The notes under the pieces are model-generated. The model worked only from the letters and a program-made list of their open reading frames with translations, ran no database searches and was not told the origin of the DNA. A stretch of DNA of 64,000 nt from Acidimicrobiales bacterium (GTDB taxonomy: Bacteria > Actinomycetota > Acidimicrobiia > Acidimicrobiales > CAVXTF01). The DNA lies in contig JBAPRR010000428.1 in NCBI GenBank assembly GCA_049281195.1, positions 8,267 to 72,266 on the forward strand, written 5' to 3'. The position numbers were made by a program, and so were the translations under genes. Below, piece after piece: positions 36,466 to 45,010 of the stretch. Each line of letters opens with the position of its first letter. Within the stretch, counting starts at the first letter, position 1.

Positions 36466-38160
36466 TCAGTGGAAGAGCAGTGTGGCGCCGTGGGCGAAGT
36501 TGATGATCGGAGAGGGCCACACCCCGAACAACACGGTCACCAGAGCACATAGGAAGATGCCCGTGGCGATCGAAAGGGGGATCGGCAATGCCGCCGCCGC
36601 CTGGGTCCGAATCGTGGTCAGCACGGTCGCTCCGCCGACATCAGCAGCTGCAAGGACTGGTGATCCCACAACCACTGCACCGCCCGAGCCTCGGTTCCCC
36701 AAGCCGGCTGGGCCTTCGTCGGCAACATCAACGTCAACGACGTCACCTATGTCACCCTGAGCCGCATTCGGGTTCTGGACCATGTAGAGCACCAGGCGCA
36801 GGTAGAAGAACCCGGCGATGACGGCCGAGACCATGGCGATGATCGACAGGGCTATGCCTCCCGGCGTGCCCGTTGCCCCCTCGATCACATAGATCTTCGC
36901 CCAGAGACCCGTCGTGGCCGGCATGCCCGCCTGTGCGAGCAGGAAGATGATCATCGGCACCGCCAACCAGGGTTGTCGGAAGGCCAGGCCTCTCCAGCTG
37001 TCGAGGTCGTGGTTGGCATCACCGAGGCCCGCGACCACGGTTACCACGCCGAAGCTCCCCATCACCATGAACGAATAGGTGAAGAGGTAGTAGAGGGACC
37101 CGGACACGCCTCTCTGTGTGGCGAGGTACAGGCCCAGAAGGATGAAGCCGGCGTGGTTTATGGACGAGTACGCCAGCATGCGCTTCACGTCGCGCTGCAC
37201 GACACCTACGACCGCGCCGAACAGCAGGGTGATCACAGCCAGCACCCAGATGATCGGCTGCCAATCAGCTCGAACCGTCGGAAAGGAGGACACGAAGACG
37301 CGGAGCAACGCCGCGAACCCCCCGGTCTTCGCCACCGCGGCCATGAAGCCGGTGACCGGGCTGGGCGATCCCTGGTACACGTCGGGTGTCCACAGATGGA
37401 ACGGCACTGCGGCGATCTTGAACGCGAAGCCGACGAGCAGCAGTGCGATGCCGGCCAGTAACAGCCCGTTGTGCAGAAGGATGTTCTTCGAAAGGAAGTC
37501 GGCGATCTGGGCCAGGTTGGTAGACCCTGTGGCTCCGTAGACGAGGGCCATGCCGTAGAGGAAGACGGCCGAAGAGAACGAGCCGAGGACGAAGTACTTG
37601 AGCGCCGCTTCGCCGGACTCTTCCCTGCGGGCGTTACCCGCAGCCAGCACGTACAGGGCGATCGACATGATCTCGAGACCGAGGAACACTAGGATCAGGT
37701 CATTCGCCTCGCCCATGAGCATGGCGCCCATGGCGGAAACGAGCATAAGGGCGTGCATCTCCGGTCCGTCGCTCTTCTCGCGTACCAGCCAGCCCTGGCC
37801 GATGAACGCAGTGACGATCACCGCGCACGACACCAGGATGGTGATGAATGCGCTGAAGCCGTCCTGGATGACAGAAGAGTCGATCGTTACGTGGGCACCA
37901 TGGGCTGTGGTGTTGATCCATTGCCCGACGCCGGCTATGAGGCTGGCCGACCCGGTGAGGATCGTGAGGCTCGCTGCAGTCGTCGCCTCCATCCGCTTGC
38001 GTAGAAGCGCGGAGCTTCCGAGCATCACAAGGGCGCCACCCAAGGTGAGCAACTCGGGGAGGATCGCCAGGTAGGTGATCGAAGGAAGCTTCAGATGCTG
38101 AGCGCTTGCCGCGTTAGCAGTGGTGGCGAACGCCGCAGTGGCGAGAAACGACAGGCTCAT
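36466..38160 (-). CDS. nuoN: NADH-quinone oxidoreductase subunit N
   Basis: Polytopic antiporter-like subunit and last gene of the nuo operon. 4-nt overlap with nuoM. Carries a low-complexity acidic/Gly insert near the C-terminus. Confidence 0.9.
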   Translation of the reverse strand: MSLSFLATAAFATTANAASAQHLKLPSITYLAILPELLTLGGALVMLGSSALLRKRMEATTAASLTILTGSASLIAGVGQWINTTAHGAHVTIDSSVIQDGFSAFITILVSCAVIVTAFIGQGWLVREKSDGPEMHALMLVSAMGAMLMGEANDLILVFLGLEIMSIALYVLAAGNARREESGEAALKYFVLGSFSSAVFLYGMALVYGATGSTNLAQIADFLSKNILLHNGLLLAGIALLLVGFAFKIAAVPFHLWTPDVYQGSPSPVTGFMAAVAKTGGFAALLRVFVSSFPTVRADWQPIIWVLAVITLLFGAVVGVVQRDVKRMLAYSSINHAGFILLGLYLATQRGVSGSLYYLFTYSFMVMGSFGVVTVVAGLGDANHDLDSWRGLAFRQPWLAVPMIIFLLAQAGMPATTGLWAKIYVIEGATGTPGGIALSIIAMVSAVIAGFFYLRLVLYMVQNPNAAQGDIGDVVDVDVADEGPAGLGNRGSGGAVVVGSPVLAAADVGGATVLTTIRTQAAAALPIPLSIATGIFLCALVTVLFGVWPSPIINFAHGATLLFH

Positions 38161-39905
38161 CGCACCTCACCCTGGTCCGCCAGATCGCGGACGATGCGTC
38201 CGGCGGCCATTCCCTCCCGGTTCGACACACCCGAGACGTAGAAGCTCTGCAGCCGGTAGACGCCGGCCAGAGAGCTCACGTGCAGGTTCTTCGGTTGAGC
38301 GATCCCTGAAGAGCCCGACGTCGAAGATCCCGTTGACGCTGCCGTGGCGGCGGGGGCCGAGGGGGTCTGCGATCCCGGGTCCGGCTGGTGGGTGTTGTCC
38401 TGCTGATCGATACGGTTCACGAGCGCTGTCACAGTGGGATTGATCCGGTCGAGAACCGGCTTCGGATACACCCCGAGGAAGATGATCAGCCCTACGAGCG
38501 GCACCATCACGGCGCCTTCACGCCAGTTCAGGTCGCGCGTCTTGGCGTTCTTCTCGTCAGGGCGGTGATGGAACACCTGCTGGTATGCCCACAGGACGTA
38601 TATCGCAGAGAACACGACGCCGATCGTTGCCACGACCGCCCACCACCGGTGGGTGATGAACGTCCCTGAGAGGATCAGGAACTCCCCTACGAAACTATTG
38701 AGACCCGGCAGACCCAAAGAGGCCATCATCACCAGGGTGAACACCGCCGCGAGGAGCGGAGCGGGGCGTTGGATCCCTCGCAACTCCGTCGTCTGCCAGC
38801 TGCGCCTTCGCTCGTAGATCCATCCGATCAGGATGAACAGAGCCGCGGTGACCAACCCGTGGTTGACCATCTGAAGGACGCTTCCGGACAACGCCTGGGT
38901 GGTCAGTGCGAAGGTCCCGAGGATGATGAACCCGAGGTGCGCCAGTGACGAGTACGCCACAAGTCGCTTGAGGTCGCGCTGCACGCAGGCCACGATCGCC
39001 CCGTAGAGGATCCCGATGACTCCGAGCGTCAGCAGCAGCGGCGCCAGATCGACGGCCGCCCTCGGGAACAACGTCAGGTCGAACCGGATGATCCCGTACG
39101 TCCCGAGTTTGGCCATGACCGACGCGAGAATTACTGAGCCGCTCGCGGGGGCCTCTGAGTAGGCGTCGGGAGACCACGTATGGAACGGGAAGATCGGAGC
39201 TTTGACCGCGAACGCCGCGGTGAATGCCAGGAACAACAGGACCTGAGCCGTGGTGCCCAGATGAGTCGAGCTGAGTGAAACCAGGTCGAAGGTGAGCTTG
39301 CCGGTCTGCTGATCGTGAAGGACCGCCAGGGTCACGATCCCGACCAGCAAAAAGGCGGACCCGAAGAACGTGTAGAGGAAGAACTTGACCGCCGCCGCAC
39401 CCCGGTTCTGGAATCCCCATCCGGCGATGATGAAGTAGACGGGAATGAGCGTGAGCTCGAAGAACAGGAAGAACAGAACCAGGTCGAGTGACACGAAGCT
39501 CCCGAGGCACGCGGCCTCGAGCAGCAGCATCCACACGACGAACGAACGCGGATCGCGCTTGACCCTGGCGCCGGCCAGAGCGATCGGGAACAGCACCGCG
39601 GACATGAGGATCAGGAACAGCGATATCCCGTCCACTCCGAGGTGCCAGCCGATGCCCAGCTGTCCGGTCCACGAGTGGTTGCTCACCATCTGGAAGCCAC
39701 CGTCGCCGGTGTGGAAACGCACCGCGATGGTGATGGCCAGAGCAAGCGTGGCGAGCATCGACACCGCCGCGATCAGCTCGACCACCAATCGCTGACGGTT
39801 GCCCGACGAACGAGGCACGAGAGCGGTCAAAAGCGCCGCCCCGGCGGGGAGCAGCACCAGCACCGTCAGGAACGGGAACGAGGTGTCCGTGATTCCGGGG
39901 CTCAC
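38157..39905 (-). CDS. nuoM: NADH-quinone oxidoreductase subunit M
   Basis: Antiporter-like subunit (HLWLPDAH-type region as FHTWSPDAYSEAP). Positioned between nuoL and nuoN. Has a Ser/Thr/Ala-rich C-terminal tail. Confidence 0.9.
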   Translation of the reverse strand: MSPGITDTSFPFLTVLVLLPAGAALLTALVPRSSGNRQRLVVELIAAVSMLATLALAITIAVRFHTGDGGFQMVSNHSWTGQLGIGWHLGVDGISLFLILMSAVLFPIALAGARVKRDPRSFVVWMLLLEAACLGSFVSLDLVLFFLFFELTLIPVYFIIAGWGFQNRGAAAVKFFLYTFFGSAFLLVGIVTLAVLHDQQTGKLTFDLVSLSSTHLGTTAQVLLFLAFTAAFAVKAPIFPFHTWSPDAYSEAPASGSVILASVMAKLGTYGIIRFDLTLFPRAAVDLAPLLLTLGVIGILYGAIVACVQRDLKRLVAYSSLAHLGFIILGTFALTTQALSGSVLQMVNHGLVTAALFILIGWIYERRRSWQTTELRGIQRPAPLLAAVFTLVMMASLGLPGLNSFVGEFLILSGTFITHRWWAVVATIGVVFSAIYVLWAYQQVFHHRPDEKNAKTRDLNWREGAVMVPLVGLIIFLGVYPKPVLDRINPTVTALVNRIDQQDNTHQPDPGSQTPSAPAATAASTGSSTSGSSGIAQPKNLHVSSLAGVYRLQSFYVSGVSNREGMAAGRIVRDLADQGEVR

Positions 39906-39909
39906 CGCG

Positions 39910-41889
39910 TCACCACGCCTTCAACAGCATGAAGGCGAGGAGCAGGACCGCGCCGAGCACGATGCCGAGCGCGTACTGCCTCACGAATCCGGTCTGAACC
40001 TTGCGCAGCCCCGCACCGATGCGTTGAGTGAGACCGGCGATGCCCATCACGGCGCCGTCGATCACGCGCTTGTCGAACAGCGATGCGGCTTGCGCGACCG
40101 AAACGCTCGGCTTCGCGATGAACTCGTCGAAGCTCGAGTCGATGTACCAGGCGTTGCTCAGGAAGGCGGGCTCGAGCGCGGGCTGATCGGCCTTGCGCCG
40201 CCACAGAGCCCATGCCACCGCGATGCCGCCTATGGCGATGATGCCGTCAGCCACCGAAAGGATGATCCTGGTGGCGACAGAGCCGCCCGGCAGGTGCTGG
40301 TGCAACCCGAGTACGGGGTCCAACCAGGAAAGCGGGGCACCGATCCCGGAGTGGGCCCAAGGTAGGTCGAGCAGGCCGCCGAGCAGCGACAAGGCGGCCA
40401 GGACGATCAGCGGGATCGTCATGACCCACGGTGACTCGTGCGGGTCGCCCGGGGCATGCACGTCACGGTGGGCGCCGTGATCCGACCGGGATACTGCCGG
40501 TGCGGTTGACCGGGCTGCGGTTGCGGTCGACCGCGATGGCGATCCCGAGGCCATGGCCTCCTGCCAGCGCGGGTCGCCGTCGAACGCCAGTACGTAGAGA
40601 CGCGTCATGTAATACGCGGTCAACAGCGCAGTGACGATACCGATGGCCCACAGCGCTGGGAACCTCTCGAAGGCGTTGGACAGCACGTCGCCCTTCGCCC
40701 AGAAGCCCGCCAGCGGGAACATGCCGGCGATGGCGAGCCAGCCGAACACGAAAGTTGCCGCGGTGATCGGCATGAAGGCACGGAGTCCACCCATGCGTTT
40801 CAGGTCCTGCTCGTCGTGCATGCCGTGGATGACCGAGCCCGCGCCCAAGAAGAGCTGACCCTTGAAGAACGCATGGGCGACCATCAAGAAGATGGCCGCT
40901 ATGTACGCGCCCGAGCCGACGGCGAGGAACATGTACCCGAGCTGAGAGATGGTCGAGTACGCGAGGACCTTCTTGATGTCGTTCTGAGCACACGCGATCG
41001 TCCCCGCGATGAACGCCGTCGCCACACCGATGCTCGCTATGACGATCTGGGCATCGTAACTGAGCGCGAGCAGAGCGTTCATGCGCGCCAACAGGTAGAC
41101 ACCCGAGGTGACCATCGTCGCCGCGTGGATGAGAGCGGATACAGGAGTCGGGCCTTCCATGGCGTCTGCCAGCCACGGGAAAAGGGGTATCTGGGCAGAC
41201 TTGCCGGCTGCGCCGAGGAACAGGAGCAGGACGGTCCCTGTCGCGGCGGCCGGGCCGAACTTATCCAGGTTGCTGAAGATGACCGTGTACTGGAGCGAGC
41301 CGGTCTTCGAATAGATCAGGAACATGGCCAGCAGAAAGCCGACGTCCCCGATCCTGTTGTAGATGAAGGCCTTCTTGCCGGCACTGGCGGCGCTGTCGCG
41401 CTCGAACCAGAAAGCGACGAGCCAGTAGGAACAGGCACCCACACCTTCCCAACCGACAAAGGTGAACAACAGGTTGCCCGACAGGACGAGCACGAGCATG
41501 GAGAAGACGAACAGGTTCAGGTACAGGAAGAATTTGGCGAAGTCCGGATCGCCCTTCATGTAGCCGATCGAGTACAGGTGGATCAGGAAGCTGATCCCGG
41601 TGATGAACAGCGCCATCGTCATCGACAGCGGATCGACGAGCAGCGAAACGCTCACGTGCAGGGGACCGGTCGAGATCCAGTTGTAGATGTTCTCCGTCAC
41701 CTCACGACCGGGTCCGGCGTGGCGTCCGAGCAGGCCGATGAAGCTGATCAGGGTCAGAACGAACGAGCCGCCCACCGCGGTCGTGCCGATGATCCCCGCC
41801 CACGGCTCGCCAATGCGCCGGCCCGCGACCACGAGGATCGCGAAGCCGATGAGCGGCAGGAGGATTATCTCTGGAGCGGCGTAGACCAT
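39910..41889 (-). CDS. nuoL: NADH-quinone oxidoreductase subunit L
   Basis: 659-aa antiporter-like subunit with a long C-terminal lateral-helix region. Follows nuoK. Confidence 0.92.
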   Translation of the reverse strand: MVYAAPEIILLPLIGFAILVVAGRRIGEPWAGIIGTTAVGGSFVLTLISFIGLLGRHAGPGREVTENIYNWISTGPLHVSVSLLVDPLSMTMALFITGISFLIHLYSIGYMKGDPDFAKFFLYLNLFVFSMLVLVLSGNLLFTFVGWEGVGACSYWLVAFWFERDSAASAGKKAFIYNRIGDVGFLLAMFLIYSKTGSLQYTVIFSNLDKFGPAAATGTVLLLFLGAAGKSAQIPLFPWLADAMEGPTPVSALIHAATMVTSGVYLLARMNALLALSYDAQIVIASIGVATAFIAGTIACAQNDIKKVLAYSTISQLGYMFLAVGSGAYIAAIFLMVAHAFFKGQLFLGAGSVIHGMHDEQDLKRMGGLRAFMPITAATFVFGWLAIAGMFPLAGFWAKGDVLSNAFERFPALWAIGIVTALLTAYYMTRLYVLAFDGDPRWQEAMASGSPSRSTATAARSTAPAVSRSDHGAHRDVHAPGDPHESPWVMTIPLIVLAALSLLGGLLDLPWAHSGIGAPLSWLDPVLGLHQHLPGGSVATRIILSVADGIIAIGGIAVAWALWRRKADQPALEPAFLSNAWYIDSSFDEFIAKPSVSVAQAASLFDKRVIDGAVMGIAGLTQRIGAGLRKVQTGFVRQYALGIVLGAVLLLAFMLLKAW

Positions 41890-41899
41890 CTGCCGGCGG

Positions 41900-42205
41900 T
41901 CAGCCCTTCATCACGTTGAGATCGTCGGCCGTGGCGCCCTTGCGCCGCCTGAACACCGAAACCGTTATTCCGAGGCCGACGACGACTTCGGCAGCCGCGA
42001 CCACAAGGACGAAGAAGACGATCGCCTCGCCACCAATGTCGTTGAGCATCCTCGACATGGCCACGAACGCGATGTTGGCCGCATTGAGCATCAGCTCCAC
42101 GCACATGAACATCACGAGCACGTTGCGGCGTAGAAGAAGGCCGAGAGCGCCGATCGAGAAAAGGATCGCCGACAAAACCAGGTACCAGGAACCGGGAACG
42201 CTCAT
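41900..42205 (-). CDS. nuoK: NADH-quinone oxidoreductase subunit K
   Basis: 101-aa 3-TM protein with the conserved Glu in [12 protein letters not shown]. Confidence 0.92.
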   Translation of the reverse strand: MSVPGSWYLVLSAILFSIGALGLLLRRNVLVMFMCVELMLNAANIAFVAMSRMLNDIGGEAIVFFVLVVAAAEVVVGLGITVSVFRRRKGATADDLNVMKG

Positions 42206-42966
42206 GCCTTCACCTCCTCGTCTTTCGTCTCGTCAGGGGCTGTGAGCTCCCTGATGGATTCCGCTTCGATCGCGATGTCCTGCGCTTCATCCTCGGGGGA
42301 GATCAGATCCTTCGCCGTATCTGTGCCCTGGCCCGCAGTGCCGCCTGACGGGCCGCCGTCTCCGTCCGAGTCCTCCGTTTCCGGTGACGCCGCAGACGAC
42401 GTGGACGTCGAATCGAGCGGACCGGACTGCCTGGAGAGAACAACTGCACCGACGACGGCGATCACCAGAAGAGCGGCGGTGACTTCGAACGGGAAAAGGT
42501 ACGTCGTGAAGACGGATCTGCCCAATGCGGCAACGTCGCCGCCGGTCTGGTTGCGAGGTCCGGCCACGGAATGCGCGCCAACGGACCAGTGTGTTTCGAA
42601 GCCCAGGCCGAGCACGCCGCCGAGCGCCAAGGCCACCAACGCGACGGCTATCGGCCTCTGGCCCCGCAAAGGCTCTTTCTCCAGGTTCTCTTTTTTATCG
42701 ACGCCGAGGAGCATGATCACGAACAGGAACAGAACGACTATCGCCCCGGCGTACACGATCACCTGCACCGCGGCCAGAAAGTTGGCCTGAAGCTCGATGA
42801 AGATGATCGCAACCCCGAAGAGGGTCATGACGAGCATCAAGGCCGAGTGCACGGGGTTGCGCGCGATCACCACTCCGAGCGCCCCGAAGATGATGATGAC
42901 CGACGACCATACGAAGGTGAGCGCGTCGGGCCGTGTGGCTCCGACCAAGGGCAGGAGGTGGATCAT
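42202..42966 (-). CDS. nuoJ: NADH-quinone oxidoreductase subunit J (with an acidic C-terminal tail)
   Basis: 5-TM NuoJ-like core and operon position. About 70 aa of Asp/Glu/Ser-rich C-terminal tail. Confidence 0.88.
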   Translation of the reverse strand: MIHLLPLVGATRPDALTFVWSSVIIIFGALGVVIARNPVHSALMLVMTLFGVAIIFIELQANFLAAVQVIVYAGAIVVLFLFVIMLLGVDKKENLEKEPLRGQRPIAVALVALALGGVLGLGFETHWSVGAHSVAGPRNQTGGDVAALGRSVFTTYLFPFEVTAALLVIAVVGAVVLSRQSGPLDSTSTSSAASPETEDSDGDGGPSGGTAGQGTDTAKDLISPEDEAQDIAIEAESIRELTAPDETKDEEVKA

Positions 42967-43745
42967 CTCCCCCCTCGTTTTCCGGGCCTGGGAATGCTGT
43001 CTCTGAAGATCTCGGCCTTCTTGCGGGTGCGGGCGATCATTCCGGGAATACCGCGTTGCGCTGCCGGCCTCTCGGAGTCGTCCAGGTGCATCGCCATGGT
43101 GTCGCGCAGCTGGATGTTGCCGGTGGCGGCGTCATCACGATTGCCTGACTGCCCCCCTTCAGGCGCACGGATCCCGTAGCCCAGCTCGGCGGACCACTGC
43201 ACAGTGCCTTCGTAGTCCGCCGCGCCACCTGGAGAGGTCGCCCGCATCCACGATGACGTGTTGCGGTCGTCGCCCTGGCGCCAGTCCTCCCAGGGGAGCT
43301 GACGAGGCTTGCCGTCGTCGTCGACCAGGAGCTCGCGCTTTGTGTAGATGGCGTCGGCGCGGTTGGTGAACGAGAACTCGAACATCTTGGACTCGGTGAT
43401 CGCTTCCGTCGGGCATGCCTCCACGCACATGTCGCAATGGATGCACCGCAGGAAGTTGATCTCATACACGAAGCCGTAGCGCTCACCGGGTGAGACCGGG
43501 TGATCGGGAGGATTGTCCGCCCCGCGCACGTAGATGCAGTCGGCCGGACACACACCGGCGCACAGCTCGCAGCCGATGCACTTCTCCATGCCGTCTTCGT
43601 AGCGGTTGAGAACGTGTCGGCCATGGGCGCGAGGCGGCTTGACGTGCTTCTCCCGCGGATACTGAACGGTGATGCGCGGGCGCGACATCTGCTCGAGGGT
43701 CACTTTGAAGCCACCGAGGAACTTGACGGGGTCGAAACGGTCCAT
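42963..43745 (-). CDS. nuoI: NADH-quinone oxidoreductase subunit I (2x[4Fe-4S] ferredoxin) with a C-terminal extension
   Basis: CIGCELCAGVCP and CIHCDMCVEACP motifs. About 90 extra C-terminal residues. Confidence 0.93.
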   Translation of the reverse strand: MDRFDPVKFLGGFKVTLEQMSRPRITVQYPREKHVKPPRAHGRHVLNRYEDGMEKCIGCELCAGVCPADCIYVRGADNPPDHPVSPGERYGFVYEINFLRCIHCDMCVEACPTEAITESKMFEFSFTNRADAIYTKRELLVDDDGKPRQLPWEDWRQGDDRNTSSWMRATSPGGAADYEGTVQWSAELGYGIRAPEGGQSGNRDDAATGNIQLRDTMAMHLDDSERPAAQRGIPGMIARTRKKAEIFRDSIPRPGKRGGR

Positions 43746-43750
43746 TGCGG

Positions 43751-45010
43751 CTACCGATGCCCTTCTCCGCCGGTCACTCCGAACGGTGCTGGTGAGCTCG
43801 GGCCACCATCAGATCCGTCGCGCACGCGTCCGACCCGTACGGCCCGGAACAGAAGGCCTCCGGCCAGGATCACGATCCCGACCGTGGCCCAGAACTGCCA
43901 GCCGGCGCCGAAGATCTCGGCGACGGCCACGAACAGCAGCCATGCCAGTGACACCGGGATCAGGAACTTCCAGCCCAGATCCATCAGCTGGTCGTACCGC
44001 AGCCGCGGCAGTGCGGCGCGGAGCCACACGTATATGAAGAGGAAGACTCCCGTCTTTCCGAGGAACCACAGGATCGGGAACACCCAACGAAGGATCTGGA
44101 CGTGGGGTGCCGGTCCGTCCGGACCGCCGAAGAAGAGGGTCACCACGACCGCCGACATCGTGATGGTGTTCATGAACTCCGCCATGAAGAACAGAGCGAA
44201 CCGGATCGACGAGTACTCCGTGTGGAATCCTCCGACGAGTTCGGTGTCGGCCTCGGCAAGGTCGAAGGGCGGTCGTTGCAGCTCGGCTGTGATGGCCACC
44301 AGGAATATGACGAAGGGCACGATGCCGAGGCGCAGGACGTTCCAGTCCCAGAAATGGGCGCCCTGGCTCTGGACGATCGCCCTCGTCGACAGGGACCCCA
44401 CGGTCACCGCGGTCCCGGTGACGATGATCGTGGTCACGATTGCGAGCCCGAGCGCAGCTTCGTAGGAGATCATCTGCGCGCTGGCTCTGACCGAACCGAG
44501 CAGCGGGTACTTGGAACCGGAAGCCCATCCGGCCAACATCACTCCGTACACGGAGACCGAAGACATGGCCAGCAGAAGCAGGATCCCGATCGGCGGGTCG
44601 GCGACCTGCAGCTCGAAGGTGTGGCGGCTGATGGTCAGATAACCGCCCACCGGAACGATCGTGAACGCGACCAGCGCGGGGATGATCGACAGGTAAGGCG
44701 CCAGGTTGAAGACGAATGTGTCCGCCTTCTTCGGTTGCAGGTCTTCCTTGAAGAACAGCTTGATTCCGTCGGCGAGCGTCTGTAGGAGTCCGAACGGACC
44801 GGCTCGGTTGGGCCCGATGCGGTCCTGCATGTCCGAGATCAGCTTGCGCTCGAACCAGATCATCAGCGTTACAGAGCCGAGCAGTGCTCCGAACGCGACG
44901 AGCACCCTTACGACGATCACGAGCAACTCGGCCCAGTGCATGCCCTGGTCGAGCAGCGGGTCACCGGCTTGGGCGATGAACGAGCCGAAGAAAGAAGTGA
45001 GCGCGGTCAT
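43751..45010 (-). CDS. nuoH: NADH-quinone oxidoreductase subunit H
   Basis: ERKLISDMQDRIGPNRAGPFGLLQTLADGIK signature. 8-TM protein. Confidence 0.95.
   Translation of the reverse strand: MTALTSFFGSFIAQAGDPLLDQGMHWAELLVIVVRVLVAFGALLGSVTLMIWFERKLISDMQDRIGPNRAGPFGLLQTLADGIKLFFKEDLQPKKADTFVFNLAPYLSIIPALVAFTIVPVGGYLTISRHTFELQVADPPIGILLLLAMSSVSVYGVMLAGWASGSKYPLLGSVRASAQMISYEAALGLAIVTTIIVTGTAVTVGSLSTRAIVQSQGAHFWDWNVLRLGIVPFVIFLVAITAELQRPPFDLAEADTELVGGFHTEYSSIRFALFFMAEFMNTITMSAVVVTLFFGGPDGPAPHVQILRWVFPILWFLGKTGVFLFIYVWLRAALPRLRYDQLMDLGWKFLIPVSLAWLLFVAVAEIFGAGWQFWATVGIVILAGGLLFRAVRVGRVRDGSDGGPSSPAPFGVTGGEGHR

Noticed and set aside
38695-41919. Long alternate-frame and antisense ORFs within nuoM/nuoL (38695..39672, 40463..41176, 40816..41919)
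   Set aside because: They give Arg/Gly/Asp-rich translations without TM character. The annotated frames encode typical polytopic antiporter-like subunits.
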